Shown: positions 39,655-52,450 of the stretch, one piece after another | How positions within the stretch are numbered: the stretch's first letter is position 1 | Layout of the letters: each line of letters starts with the position of its first letter | Assembly: GCF_006345805.1 (NCBI RefSeq) | Contig: NC_042999.1 | Location: 8,060,001 to 8,124,000 of the forward strand | DNA length: 64,000 bases | Direction: 5' to 3' | From: Octopus sinensis | Taxonomy: Eukaryota | Notes under the pieces: generated by a model | What the model saw: only the letters and a program-made list of their open reading frames with translations | Told to the model about the DNA's origin: nothing | Databases searched by the model: none | Position numbers and translations under genes: made by a program

Positions 39655-39948
39655 GCGTGTGGCCTTGTGGTTAGAGTATTCGGTTCACGATCTTACGATC
39701 GTGAGTTCAATTCTCGACAGAGTGTTGCGTCCTTGAGCAAGACACTTTATTTCACGTTGCTCCAGTCCTCACAGTTGGCAAAAATGAGCTGTACCTGTAA
39801 TTCAAAGGGGCCGACCTTGTCACATTGTGTATGCTAAGAGTACGTGCGTCTGTGGAATACTCAACCAATTTCATATCAATTCCACGAGCCGTCTGTTCCG
39901 TTGATCGGACCGACTGGAACTCTTGTTACCGTCATCGATGAAGTGCCA
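39650..39948 (+). mobile_element. SINE group C (H1+T1)
   Basis: Head, TCCTTGAGCAAGACACTTTATTTCACGTTGCTCCAGTCC, T1 tail. Confidence 0.88.
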
Positions 39949-40445
39949 ACGGACTTGAGACACTCGTTCTGCCTTGGATTTGAATTTTCCCCCTAATATA
40001 ATATACACTGGCGATAACGGGACCCTAAAATAGATCCCTAGATCCTTAGCTGGGATCTTGGAACTTAATGGACATCCAACTATAGCATACCTATTCGTTT
40101 AGGCCACAAGTGAACTAAACCCCTTATATTCTACACACACGCACACACACACACGCACGTAAGTACACACATACACACATGCATGCACGCACATATAGGC
40201 GCAGGAGTGGCTGTGTGGTAAGTAGCTTGCTTACCAAATGCCTGAAACAAGTAAAAGAATAAAAGAATACAAGAAATATATATAAACACGAGCGCGTGGC
40301 CACATACACAGAGGCACAAGCAGATACTCTCTCTCTCAGACACACAGAGGCAAATCAAAAACAAAAATCAAATTGACGTACAAAGTGAATGTATTATCAT
40401 GACACTCATAAAATGTTTGAGATGGAAGAGAAAGAGAAGGGGTGT

Positions 40446-40472
40446 GACGTTTCGAGCTTGGGTCTTCGTCAG
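40446..40472 (-). ncRNA. Degenerate hammerhead core in a short Penelope-like insert
   Basis: Minus strand CTGACGA-AGAC-ccaa-GCTC-GAAAC-GTC. Stem I does not pair. Confidence 0.45.
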
Positions 40473-40563
40473 AAAAAGGAAACCGGATAAAGTCCTGAAA
40501 CAAGGAAAAGAATAGTCTGAGAAAAGCACGTGTGCCATCTTGGCTGCAGTGAATGCATGTGTG

Positions 40564-40610
<47 letters not shown>

Positions 40611-40725
40611 GTATATTATGTATATTTTCTTAACCACACTGTTGTTTGTATTCGCAGTTCAGCTTCTATAGATTTGGTAGACATCTATCTATCTATCTAT
40701 CTGTCTATCTATCTATATCTGTCTG

Positions 40726-40756
<31 letters not shown>

Positions 40757-40834
40757 CGCTCTTCCTCCTCCTCTCCCACCCTCTCTCTTTTCTCTACCCC
40801 CCCCCATTTAAAAAAATCTATACACACTCGCATG

Positions 40835-40870
<36 letters not shown>

Positions 40871-41156
40871 AGAGGGAGAGAGAGAGAGAGAGTGATTTAT
40901 GTTTTTTTAGTAAAACTAATGTTTGTACGGTAAAACTTTTATGCCATAACATCTTTTATGTGAAAATATCATTTTGTATCTCTATTTTCATAAATATTGT
41001 TATCGATACCTAATAGAAATATTTACGTCCAATGTTGAAAAAATAAAAATCGTTTTATTCTTATTCATATGTAAACATTTAGCGCATTTTCGACCGTTCT
41101 GATTTTCTCCCATCTGTCTATATGCGCGGGCGCGTGGCTGTCTGTGCGTGTTTGTA

Positions 41157-41159
<3 letters not shown>

Positions 41160-41209
<50 letters not shown>

Positions 41210-42394
41210 TGTGTGTGTGTGTGTAAAGTTGAGTGTCGTTGCATTGAATGTAGTACGCAAATTTATTTTATATATTGAAATTTACCTCTTAGTTCGGGGA
41301 AAGAGAACAAAAGTCTTGCTTTTACCATTAACAAGTCTCTGTAAACAGGAGACCATTGGAAAATATGAATAAAAAGTTTCTTAAAAACATACATGTCTCT
41401 CATTGAACGATGACGGGAATATCAAAAGAGGGACCTGTCCTACATGTCAATTCGCAGCGTCTGCGCTTCTGGTCGCTGCTGCTGAGGAGGAGATAACCAC
41501 TCCGAAATGCATGCATTCAACAATCTGTTTAGGGAGAACTGTGGGCTGACTCGCTGTATATACATCAAGTCAGTCTACAGCGAGAAATGTTTTCTGTGAT
41601 GCTGAATGACTTTCTTACCGGTTCGAATATTCTTCAAGCATATTTGAACCGGCAGCACGTTTAAATTAACGCAGTCACCCTGTATAATGTATACCTGTGT
41701 CTATGGGGTGGGTATGAGGTGTGAAGAAGGGACAGTACCTTTGGCAGCGATCCTGCTGGTCACTCTCCAGCACAGCTCGTCTGCAGCTGGCTCTCTCTAT
41801 TACCAAACTCTCACTTGTAGGCCCAATAATCCGTCCGTATCGAGTTCGCTTCCTTCTGGGCAACGATCTTAAAGGTCTGTCGCTTTACACATGTTAAGAC
41901 TGCGTCTTTGGCCGAGTGTGCGCAGGAAGCCAAACCAGCATTTTTCAGGTTTTGACAATTAGAAAGCTGATATTCAGCAACGTAGCCGTGTGCCGCTACG
42001 TCAGGGCACAATGAGATGCCTAGATCGTCGTAGTCATCTCACTCCATCTCTGATATATCGCCAGTCGTGGTCATAGCAAGAAACCATTGGTGAATGGTCG
42101 CAAGGACAAAAGATCGAATTTGGTCACCGGATACATTCCTCATTCATGATTACCCATAACACAGCGCAATTCTAATCTCAAACTTCTTAGAGACATAATC
42201 AGACAACGAGATTCCGCTGCGGAGATCGCAATATTACACGCATCAGCTATCCTGCGGAGATGGTTTCATCAAATCTATTTGTTCGGCAATTTCCGTGAAA
42301 CTTTTTTATTTCTTTTAATTTTTTTTTCTGCTGAACAATGAAAAACACGATCTACACACACATACATGCACACACACATACACGCAGGCACACA

Positions 42395-42446
<52 letters not shown>

Positions 42447-42971
42447 TTGTCTTTCTTGTCCACCAGCGAGCTGAACTGTGAAACATACACTTGGACACAC
42501 ACTCGCACTCATATATACATATATGCATATACATGTGGAGGCGCAATGGCGCAGTGGTTAGAGCAGCGCACTCACCGTTGTAGGGTCGCTGTTTCGATTC
42601 CCACACCGGGCGTTGTGAGTGTTTATTGAGCGAAAACACGAGGCTCTGGCAGGGGGGGGCGAACCCTGCTGTACTCTTTCACAACTTTGTCTTACTCCTA
42701 TCTTCCTGTTTCACTTCTACCTGTATCTCAAAGGGCCAACCTTGTCGCACATTGTATAATGCTGAATCTCCCCGAGAACTATGTTAAGGGTACACGTGTC
42801 TGTGGAGTGCTCAGCCACTTGCAGGTTAACATCACGAGTAGGCTGTTCAGTTGATCGGATCAACTAGAACCCTTGTCGTCGTAACCGACGGAGTGCCACA
42901 TGCATATATACACACAAACACACATGCATCTTTTATATTTTCCAGAACCGCTTATGCTTATGCACGCAGGA

Positions 42972-43054
<83 letters not shown>

Positions 43055-44247
43055 TGTGTGTGTGTGTAAAGTTGAGTGTCGTTGCATTGAATGTAGTACG
43101 CAAATTTATTTTATATATTGAAATTTACCTCTTAGTTCGGGGAAAGAGAACAAAAGTCTTGCTTTTACCATTAACAAGTCTCTGTAAACAGGAGACCATT
43201 GGAAAATATGAATAAAAAGTTTCTTAAAAACATACATGTCTCTCATTGAACGATGACGGGAATATCAAAAGAGGGACCTGTCCTACATGTCAATTCGCAG
43301 CGTCTGCGCTTCTGGTCGCTGCTGCTGAGGAGGAGATAACCACTCCGAAATGCATGCATTCAACAATCTGTTTAGGGAGAACTGTGGGCTGACTCGCTGT
43401 ATATACATCAAGTCAGTCTACAGCGAGAAATGTTTTCTGTGATGCTGAATGACTCTTCTTACCGGTTCGAATATTCTTCAAGCATATTTGAACCGGCAGC
43501 ACGTTTAAATTAACGCAGTCACCCTGTATAATGTATACCTGTGTCTATGGGTGGGTATGAGGTGTGAAGAAGGGACAGTACCTTTGGCAGCGATCCTGCT
43601 GGCACTCTCCAGCACAGCTCGTCTGCAGCTGGCTCTCTCTATTACCAAACTCTCACTTGTAGGCCCAATAATCCGTCCGTATCGAGTTCGCTTCCTTCTG
43701 GGCAACGATCTTAAAGGTCTGTCGCTTTACACATGTTAAGACTGCGTCTTTGGCCGAGTGTGCGCAGGAAGCCAAACCAGCATTTTTCAGGTTTTGACAA
43801 TTAGAAAGCTGATATTCAGCAACGTAGCCGTGTGCCGCTACGTCAGGGCACAATGAGATGCCTAGATCGTCGTAGTCATCTCACTCCATCTCTGATATAT
43901 CGCCAGTCGTGGTCATAGCAAGAAACCATTGGTGAATGGTCGCAAGGACAAAAGATCGAATTTGGTCACCGGATACATTCCTCATTCATGATTACCCATA
44001 ACACAGCGCAATTCTAATCTCAAACTTCTTAGAGACATAATCAGACAACGAGATTCCGCTGCGGAGATCGCAATATTACACGCATCAGCTATCCTGCGGA
44101 GATGGTTTCATCAAATCTATTTGTTCGGCAATTTCCGTGAAACTTTTTTATTTCTTTTAATTTTTTTTCTGCTGAACAATGAAAAACACGATCTACACAC
44201 AACATACATGCACACAACACATACACGCAGGCACACACGCGCACACA

Positions 44248-44290
<43 letters not shown>

Positions 44291-44816
44291 TTGTCTTTCT
44301 TGTCCACCAGCGAGCTGAACTGTGAAACATACACTTGGAACACACACTCGCACTCATATATACATATATGCATATACATGTGGAGGCGCAATGGCGCAGT
44401 GGTTAGAGCAGCGCACTCACCGTTGTAGGGTCGCTGTTTCGATTCCCACACCGGGCGTTGTGAGTGGTTATTGAGCGAAAACACGAGGCTCTGGCAGGGG
44501 GGGGGCGAACCCTGCTGTACTCTTTCACAACTTTGTCTTACTCCTATCTTCCTGTTTCACTTCTACCTGTATCTCAAAGGGCCAACCTTGTCGCACATTG
44601 TATAATGCTGAATCTCCCCGAGAACTATGTTAAGGGTACACGGTCTGTGGAGTGCTCAGCCACTTGCAGGTTAACATCACGAGTAGGCTGTTCAGTTGAT
44701 CGGATCAACTAGAACCCTTGTCGTCGTAACCGACGGAGTGCCACATGCATATATACACACAAACACACATGCATCTTTTATATTTTCCAGAACCGCTTAT
44801 GCTTATGCACGCAGGA

Positions 44817-44858
<42 letters not shown>

Positions 44859-44860
44859 AT
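41160..44860. repeat. ~1.84 kb near-identical tandem duplication (two units) bounded by (GT)n
   Basis: Unique starts TAAAGTTGAGTGTC at 41224 and 43067; unique ends GCAGGAATAT at 42966 and 44811. Confidence 0.97.
42535..42900 (+). mobile_element. SINE group C (H2+T1); duplicate copy at 44380-44745
   Basis: TGGCGCAGTGGTTAGAGC..GTTTCGATTCCC, H2 body, T1 tail. Confidence 0.9.
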
Positions 44861-46396
44861 GTGGGGGCGTATGTATGTATATTTGCGTATGTAGGTATAT
44901 GTATGTGTTTATGTGCTTGCCTGTATCTTTATGAATTTATAGGTTTGTGTGTGAGCTGAAAAAAAAATGAAAGAAAATAATATTTTTAAGGGAAATTGCC
45001 GAACAAATAGTTTCAGTTTGGTGATACCATCTCCGAAGGATAGCTCACGTGTCTGTGATAACGAAATATTGGGCATCCGCTGTTTCCTCCCTTGTGACCG
45101 TAGTGGTGATTCTTTCGAAGAAGTACTGCTGGTATTTAAGAGCTGTAGACTTTGGTCATCTTCGAAAACGAAGGAAGAATATGAGCTGTGTTTGTACGTA
45201 GATGCATGTATACATGTAATGTACATATTTTCTAGACAGACAGATTGTTCTGCAAATGTAATATTTATCGAGTATTACTTCCACTCCTGTCCAACGTTTA
45301 CACCTACGTGTGCAAGTATATATATGCGTGGTGTGTGCATGAATTATACGTATGTATTCGCTTGCATGTATCTGTACACATACACACACACACATACGCA
45401 GGCACGATTACATACAAAGACACATATTCATCCACGAACACACACATACATGCATATAGTGAGACAAAGAGAGAAAAGATGAGATGAGAGCGAGAGCGGG
45501 GAGAAGAAGGGTTAGATGAGAGAAGGAGAGCGAAGTGAAGAGACGAAACGTGCTTCTTGCTTTAGCAGTGGAAGAGAAATTACTTGCCTCGTCTGAGCCA
45601 TGTTTCGTTTCTCCATGTCATTGATTTCGTGTCAATAGTTTCTCTAACGCCGTCTAAATTTAACCGAGGCATATTAATTCCATTTTCATACGCATGCCCT
45701 AACAATGGTTTCTACAGATACAAAAGTTGTTGTTTATTGTTGTCCTTCTGTTAGTAGCATTACTCCCTGGGTCAACACCTCCACCCCGCCCGCCTTCGTT
45801 CATTTCATTTATCACCAATAAAACTGCAACATTTGAATTGACAGCAATTATTTTAAGTGTGGCCAACAATGTGATGTTCCGAGGCTGTTTCGCCACGTTT
45901 TGTTTTTATTTATATCGCTACAAAATAACAAATATTCCCCTCTACATTGTTTATCCATTCATTTTTATATTCTAAATACTGTTTTGAATTCCTATCCTTT
46001 GTCATACGTTGATAAACAGCAATCTCTCTCGTTGGCTGCTTGTCCTTTGCCATCATCATAAAATTTACATCAGTTTAACAGACGAGACAACGAACCAATA
46101 TCATATGACAATATTTCAATTTTTATTACTGGTTCTAGCAACTATGTTCTGGTCGTGGTAATAATATGTCCCTCACACACACATATATATGTATATATAT
46201 AATATATATATATATTATATTATATATATATATATATATATATACATATTTACACACAAACACACACACACATGCACACTCATACATACATAATTTATAT
46301 ATATATACATATGTATATATATATATACATATATGTATATATATGTGTGTGCATATATATATACGCATATACATATATACATATATAATATTATAT

Positions 46397-46469
<73 letters not shown>

Positions 46470-46567
46470 TATATAGGGAGAGTTTACGAAAAAAAACAAA
46501 AGACGAAGACAGGTGGTGTAGAAAACAAAAAGATCTATTAGTATAACGCACAGGAATAAAAAAAAGT

Positions 46568-46603
46568 CTTTTACGTTTCGAGCCTACGCTCTTCTACAGA
46601 AAG
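46568..46603 (-). ncRNA. Hammerhead variant in a short Penelope-like insert (~46475-46655) within (TA)n
   Basis: Minus strand CTTT-CTGTAGA-A-GAGC-gtag-GCTC-GAAAC-GTA-AAAG. Stems I and II pair; the core is CUGUAGA instead of CUGANGA. Confidence 0.55.
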
Positions 46604-46860
46604 GGACACAGAAAAAAAACAGGAGAGAAAAAATGTGTGTAGTGGCTAACGATCTATATATATATATATATTATATAAAAGGGCTTAGTAAAATAAATTA
46701 CTTTGCCACATACTGAACTCATTAGAATTAGCAGCTAAAAAAATTTTTTTAAACTATTTCTAATACTTAAAGAAAATCTCTCTCATATAGTGTTTGCTCA
46801 AGTCAACTCACGAAGATATGGGGGTAAAAACATTAAAAAATCACAAATGCAAAGGTTATT

Positions 46861-46912
46861 TGAGAACGTACGTTTCTAGATTAGTCAAATCGACATTTCT
46901 TTCGTCAGCTCA
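46861..46912 (-). ncRNA. Minimal hammerhead motif in a Penelope-like insert (~46675-47230) within (TA)n
   Basis: Minus strand TGAG-CTGACGA-(AAGA..GTC..GAC..TCTA)-GAAAC-GTAC-GTT-CTCA, with palindrome AACGTACGTT. Confidence 0.65.
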
Positions 46913-47242
46913 GAACTCCTTGATTCGGATTTGGGAACACTGAAAGCGGGAGCATACCCTTTTGGCTTCTTATCACTTCCGGAGATCTGCTCCAACTACC
47001 AGTGCTATCAAATTCAAAATATGCAAGCGAAGAATTTCTGCTCTCCCCTTTCCACCAGCGTGGGTTAAAATTGGTAAACACTATGTTTTATCGGTGAAAA
47101 CCGAAGCATTAAATAGAGAGAAATGAATTATAATTTCAACAATTGAGGGTAAAATTAATTAATTATTAATCAATTTCGCCAAGTATTCAGTAAGTAAAGG
47201 GACCATTTAAGGCGAATTCAAATTATTACATTATATATACAT

Positions 47243-47269
<27 letters not shown>

Positions 47270-47273
<4 letters not shown>

Positions 47274-47442
47274 CAAGCTCAAGGTACCGGAAACTCGGGC
47301 AGTCGCCTGGGCCGCCATGTGCCCGGAGCGGGGGCGGTTCCTTGGGGAGTGTGACAAATACAAGGAAGTTTTCACATCTGTCAGCTTGCACACGTCGAAT
47401 TTCAGCTTGCCCAGGGCACCAGCAACCCTAAGGCCAGCCCTG
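47270..47442. mobile_element. GC-rich hAT-like MITE remnant
   Basis: Ends in GGCCAGCCCTG (reverse complement CAGGGCTGGCC, a hAT-type terminus). The left end is unclear. Confidence 0.4.
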
Positions 47443-47450
47443 TATACATA

Positions 47451-47481
<31 letters not shown>

Positions 47482-47519
47482 TACATACATACATACATAC
47501 ATACATACATACATACATA

Positions 47520-47642
47520 CACTAGCGTAGCGACGGGGGCGGTAGGTAGGGTCCGCCCCGGGCATACCTTTCATCCTGTTGTAGGTATTGCTGTAGGCAA
47601 TATGTGGGCTTTGGAGGCGGCACATACACTAGCCACGCCAGT

Positions 47643-47643
<1 letters not shown>
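47520..47643. mobile_element. ~124-bp MITE with imperfect 12-bp terminal inverted repeats
   Basis: Left CACTAGCGTAGC versus right GCCACGCCAGTG (reverse complement CACTGGCGTGGC, 10/12). Confidence 0.6.
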
Positions 47644-47703
<60 letters not shown>

Positions 47704-47708
47704 TATTC

Positions 47709-47777
<69 letters not shown>

Positions 47778-48602
47778 TATTCTATTTTATATATATATTC
47801 AATGAAAAGATCACCCTCAATCTGCGTTGATTATTATATCCGGCGGCCATTCAACAGTTGAGCTCACTTGAAGGAGGAATTAAATATTTTGCTCGGAGGC
47901 CAGAACGGAACGTTTGGAATCCGAAGTCGATTATTTACTGTTTCATTGACATGTCGTATATATATTTTATTGTTTCATTGAGCGTGTATTAAAACCGAGA
48001 TCAATTATGGATGGAAGTGTTCAGCGGAAGGGAAGATTTACTTCATGCGTCGATGCCATAAAACCGTGATAAACTCCTTGTTTTAGGAACATTACCTGCA
48101 CAAGTTTGCGCGTGTGGTATGAATTTATACATCCATGTGTGGCTTTGCGTATATATATATATATATATATGCTTGTGTGGTCTCTGTGTGTGTGTAGTGT
48201 GATGTATGCTGTGTACATGTAATGTGTGTAAGCGGTCGTTTATCGATTATTTTACATATACCGTTACTGTTGATCAACAAGTACATTTCACATCCCCTTA
48301 TTTTCCCTTCGATATTGAATAAACTATACTTATTGGTACTGACCCAGAATCAACTAATCGATATACTACTAGCGCACAATTAGACATTAGTAGCAATAAT
48401 AGATGTTACTTCTCTCTGCAATAGCTTGCCTTCGATTCTGGTTGCGTTTCAAAATGAAGTCGTTCTGCTGTGTTTTTCCTTAATCTTTCATCATCACTGC
48501 GTAGTTATTTTATTTATTATTATTATTATTTTTTTGATTCGGAAAAGCTTAAATAGCACAGAATAAATAGCAGATCTATAAGAGAAACAGACAGACACAC
48601 AC

Positions 48603-48907
48603 AGAAGAAGAAGAAGAAGAAGAAGAAGAAGAAGAAGAAGAAGAAGAAGAAGAAGAAGAATGAGAAGAACGAGAAGGAGAAGCAAAAGAAGAGAAGAAGA
48701 AGAAGAAGAAGAAGGAGTACAAGAAGGAGAAGAAGAAGCACAAGAAGAAGAAAATGATGATGATGATGAAGAAGCATAAGAACGAGGAGAAGATGAAGCA
48801 CAAGAAGAAGAAGAAGGAGGAGGAGGAGGAGGAGAAGAAGAAGAAGAAAAAGAAGAAGAAGAAGAATGAGGAGGAGGAGAAGAAGAAGAAGAAGAAGAAG
48901 AAGAAGA
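48603..48907. repeat. Degenerate (GAA)n/(GAG)n tract
   Basis: Direct. Confidence 0.95.
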
Positions 48908-49134
48908 GTGACTGTATCAAATCAACAACAGTGTCTAATACACCGACTTCTTTTCATTTTAAATCTTGTTTATTAGGTTATTGCTAAAAATAACGCTTAA
49001 AAAACTGGCTTCCAATATGGCGAATCTTCTTTTGTATTCCAGAAAGATAGCAGAAAAAATATGTTGTTTGCAGGTTATTTGTTGTTTGGAAATATGTTTA
49101 TAGATTAAAAAGTGTTTACGTGTGTGTGTGTGTA

Positions 49135-49188
<54 letters not shown>

Positions 49189-49469
49189 TATGTGTGTGTA
49201 TGTCTGTGTAGGTAGGTAGGTAGGTAGATATGTAAGTGGGTAGGTATGAAGGTATGTAAGTACTAAGGTATACATAGGAGTTAATATTACTTGGAATCGA
49301 ACGTAAACAAGTTCAAAAGCGATTTGTTTGTGTTGGACCATCTCCTGTTGAGTTCAAATAAGTTTTACGATATCGGGAAGAATTATTTATTCTGCATTGT
49401 CTCACTTCCGGTGGTTGTCAAAAATAGGTAACACTTTATTCCATAAACAGTTGCTATTAATAATAGATC

Positions 49470-50300
49470 CGCGGCCAACTGGCAGAAACGTTAGCACGCC
49501 GGACGAAATGCGTCGCCGTATTTCATCTGCCGCTACGTTCTGAGTTCAAATTCCGCCGAGGTCGACTTTGCCTTTCATCCTTTCGGAGTCGATAAATTAA
49601 GTACCAGTTACGCACTGGGGTCGATGTAATCGACTTAATCCATTTGTCTGTCCTTGTTTGTCCTCTCTGTGTTTAGCCCCTTGTGGGTAGTAAAGAAATA
49701 GGTATTTCGTCTGACGTTACGTTCTGGGTTCAAATTCCGCCGAGGTCGACTTTACCTTTGATCCTTTCGGAGTCGATAAATTAAGTACCAGTTACGCACT
49801 GGGGTCGATGTAATCGACTTAATCCGTTTGTCTGTCCTTGTTTGTCCTCTCTGTGTTTAGCCCGTTGTGGGTAGTAAAGAAATAAGAATCGTTAGCACGT
49901 AGGGTCAGATCCTTACCGGCATTTCCTCCGTCTTCACGTTTTGTGTTCAAATTCCACCGGGCTCGACTTTGCCTTTCATCCTTTCGGGGTCGATAAATTA
50001 AGTACCAGTTACGCACTAGGGTCGATGTAATCGACTTAATCCGTTTGTCTGTCCTTGTTTGTCCCTTCTATGTTTAGCCCCTTGTGGGCAATAAAGAAAT
50101 AAGAATCGTTAGCACGTAGGGTCAGATCCTTACCGGCATTTCCTCCGTCTTCACGTTTTGTGTTCAAATTCCACCGGGCTCGACTTTGCCTTTCATCCTT
50201 TCGGGGTCGATAAATTAAGTACCAGTTTAGCACTGGGGTCGATATAATCGACCAATCCCCACCCCCAAAAGTTCAGGTCTTGAGCCTTTAACAGAAAGGA
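49470..50300 (+). mobile_element. Tandem array of four SINE group A units
   Basis: Units start at ~49470, 49701, 49885 and 50102. The 5' parts of units 3 and 4 are identical with a 217-bp period. Confidence 0.92.
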
Positions 50301-50799
50301 TTAATGATAAATCCGCGTCTCAACCGGGCAACTTTAATGCCATACATTTAAAACCATGTCACCGGTTCTCAGCTAAATTTGTGTCTTGGAAAATCCAGTG
50401 GTGACAGTGGCATAGGCAATAAGGGAGTAAAAGGGGAGACCGCTCCACCCACCCACGAGTGTATTTTTTAAAATTGGCATCTTTTCAACCATGTTTTAAA
50501 AAAATTTCTTTAGTTCACTTCAGAAATAAAAGTCGAATCACCTTTTTTTGCTCATCGCATGACCGTGGAAGAAACTTCTGGTGTTAATATTTTATTTGAC
50601 CGAAGTTCCGTGTATTTGAACTGTCTTCTCAATCTCCCATGATGTGTTGGTGGTTAGTAACATCTGAAGAATTAGATGTCACAACCTCTCGACATTGTGA
50701 CGGAAACTTGAAACTAATGAGGAGAGAACACAATTACGTAGATTAATTAATAATGAAAGATTTCACATAATATAAGCGAAATGAGTTATCGGTATCATG

Positions 50800-51160
50800 T
50801 TTACAATTCACCCAAGACTAGGCCCCCGTGCAATGCGTCCCCTACAAAGGTCGAGATCACATCATATAAGAACATTGAGACGCGATTTCTTCACGCAAAT
50901 GGTCCTGCCCTTTTCTACGTTATCCCGAAATAAATTAAAGTAGAAAAAAAACCCAACTTTCAAATGGTACCTGGACAAATTCCTCCATGAAATACCGGAT
51001 AAACCACCTACACCTGGATACGTCTCCACCAACAACAACAACAACTCTCTGCTTGAGTGGTCCATGGTGTCCCGAAATAATTAACTAAAAGTCTTTTCCA
51101 GGTGGTGCTACTGAGTTAGACATGGCCTAGGCCGATAATGGCTGAAACCAATCTAAGTTA
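50800..51160 (+). mobile_element. CR1/L2-like LINE 3' end with UTR
   Basis: HPRLGPRA..GPALF..YLDKFLHEIPDKPPTPGYVSTNNNNNSLLEW, then GGTGGTGC..CATGGCC..GCTGAAAC. Confidence 0.75.
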
Positions 51161-51211
51161 TGTGTCACGACGCCTTTTGTTAAGTGCTCGACCTCACTAA
51201 CTTTAGAACCT

Positions 51212-51520
51212 GTGGAGGCACATGGCCTAGTGGTTAGAGCAGCGGACTCGCGGTCGAGGGATCGCGGGTTCGAATCTCAGACAGGGCGAAGTGTGTGTTT
51301 ATGAACGAAGCACCCAAGCTCCACGCGGCTCCGGCAGAAGGTAATGGCGAACTTTTCCTGACTCTTCCGCCACAACTTTCTCTCACTCTTTTCTCCTGCA
51401 TCTTGCAGCTCACCTGCGACGGACCGGCGTCTCGTTCAGGTGGGGAACCTTTACGCCACGGAAACCGGGAAACTGGCCCTTATGAGCCAGGCGTGGCTCG
51501 AGAAAGAACAAACAACAACA
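51212..51520 (+). mobile_element. SINE group C (H2 + tail T2)
   Basis: TGGCCTAGTGG and GGTTCGAATC boxes, H2 body, T2 tail CTGCGACGGACCGG..GGAAACCGGGAAACTGGCCC..(CAA)n. Confidence 0.9.
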
Positions 51521-52029
51521 AACTTTCGAACCTGGCTATGCCTCTGACTGGAGATTGAAGAAATTGATCCTTGAAACATTTACACTGCTTCCTGTAACCA
51601 TTACTGCGTTGCATCACGGACAGTGTTGTTGATATTTGCGCAGTCTCGTCCATTTTGCAATAAATTGTAATCCTGAAGATGTTCTATTCCGAGAACATTC
51701 AATACAGCCGAAGATCTCTTCCGTTTTTAAACATGGTTCATTCCGTGATATGTTAATCTTGCAATGAATGGCTACTCTAATTCCATTGTTCGAAATAAAT
51801 CTACTTTATCATTTCAGATTGTGAGAACACATTACTTAGAATTGAACAAAATACTGTTATTGTTATCGGCATTAATATTGTTCATTGACAAACATTTGTA
51901 AATAGAAAGTTCAGTTACGCACACACTATAAAATAATTGGCACAGGTTTCTTTATATATATATATAATTGTAAAATATTTGATTTTAAAGTTAGTTTGAG
52001 TACACCAACTTAGACTTACTGATATCAAT

Positions 52030-52450
52030 GTAAGTGATGCTCAGATCTAAATTCTTCCGTTGTGTCTCTGCAGATAATAATAGAATGGATGGGATTCTAA
52101 GAAGGTGAGTTTGGACAAATTGTTTAGTGCTAAATGTGGAAGGTGAGATATATATGGTGCTATGATAGGCATTGTATCGCGTGCGTTAGATTCGAAGGGG
52201 TAGGTATTTAACTAGTTCAGGGAAGAATAGACCATGATGATAGCGATAGGAGTAACAGAGAAGAAATGATTGTCTGTAAGATGTTTGGTACAAGAATTGG
52301 TAAATGCAGGTCAGTCCGAGGACAGCCTTTTGAATGGGTTCTAGGGTATTGTTTGTGTGTTCTATCAACATCGTCTCATGCATGTGAGCAGTGATTAGTA
52401 GAGATCAACAACTGGTCTGCTTTGCAACCACTTGCTTTCAAGTGGTCGCG
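52030..52450 (-). mobile_element. CR1/Jockey-like LINE 3' remnant
   Basis: TLEPIQKAV..YSYRYHHGLFFPELVKYLP resembles LDRIQKRA..LFYRYY.G.CS.EL..LLP. Confidence 0.6.

Noticed and set aside
41675-41863. MPRRKRTR.. ORF reminiscent of a Helitron N-terminus
   Set aside because: TTG start, short, frameshifted between the two duplicates, and no downstream Rep motifs recognised.
49470-50300. Regularly spaced repeats suggestive of a CRISPR array
   Set aside because: Units are ~200-bp SINE copies without unique spacers, there are no cas genes, and the context is eukaryotic.
51212-51290. tRNA-like sequences with A and B boxes (also 27252, 30000, 42535)
   Set aside because: These are SINE heads that continue into SINE bodies; there is no intact cloverleaf.
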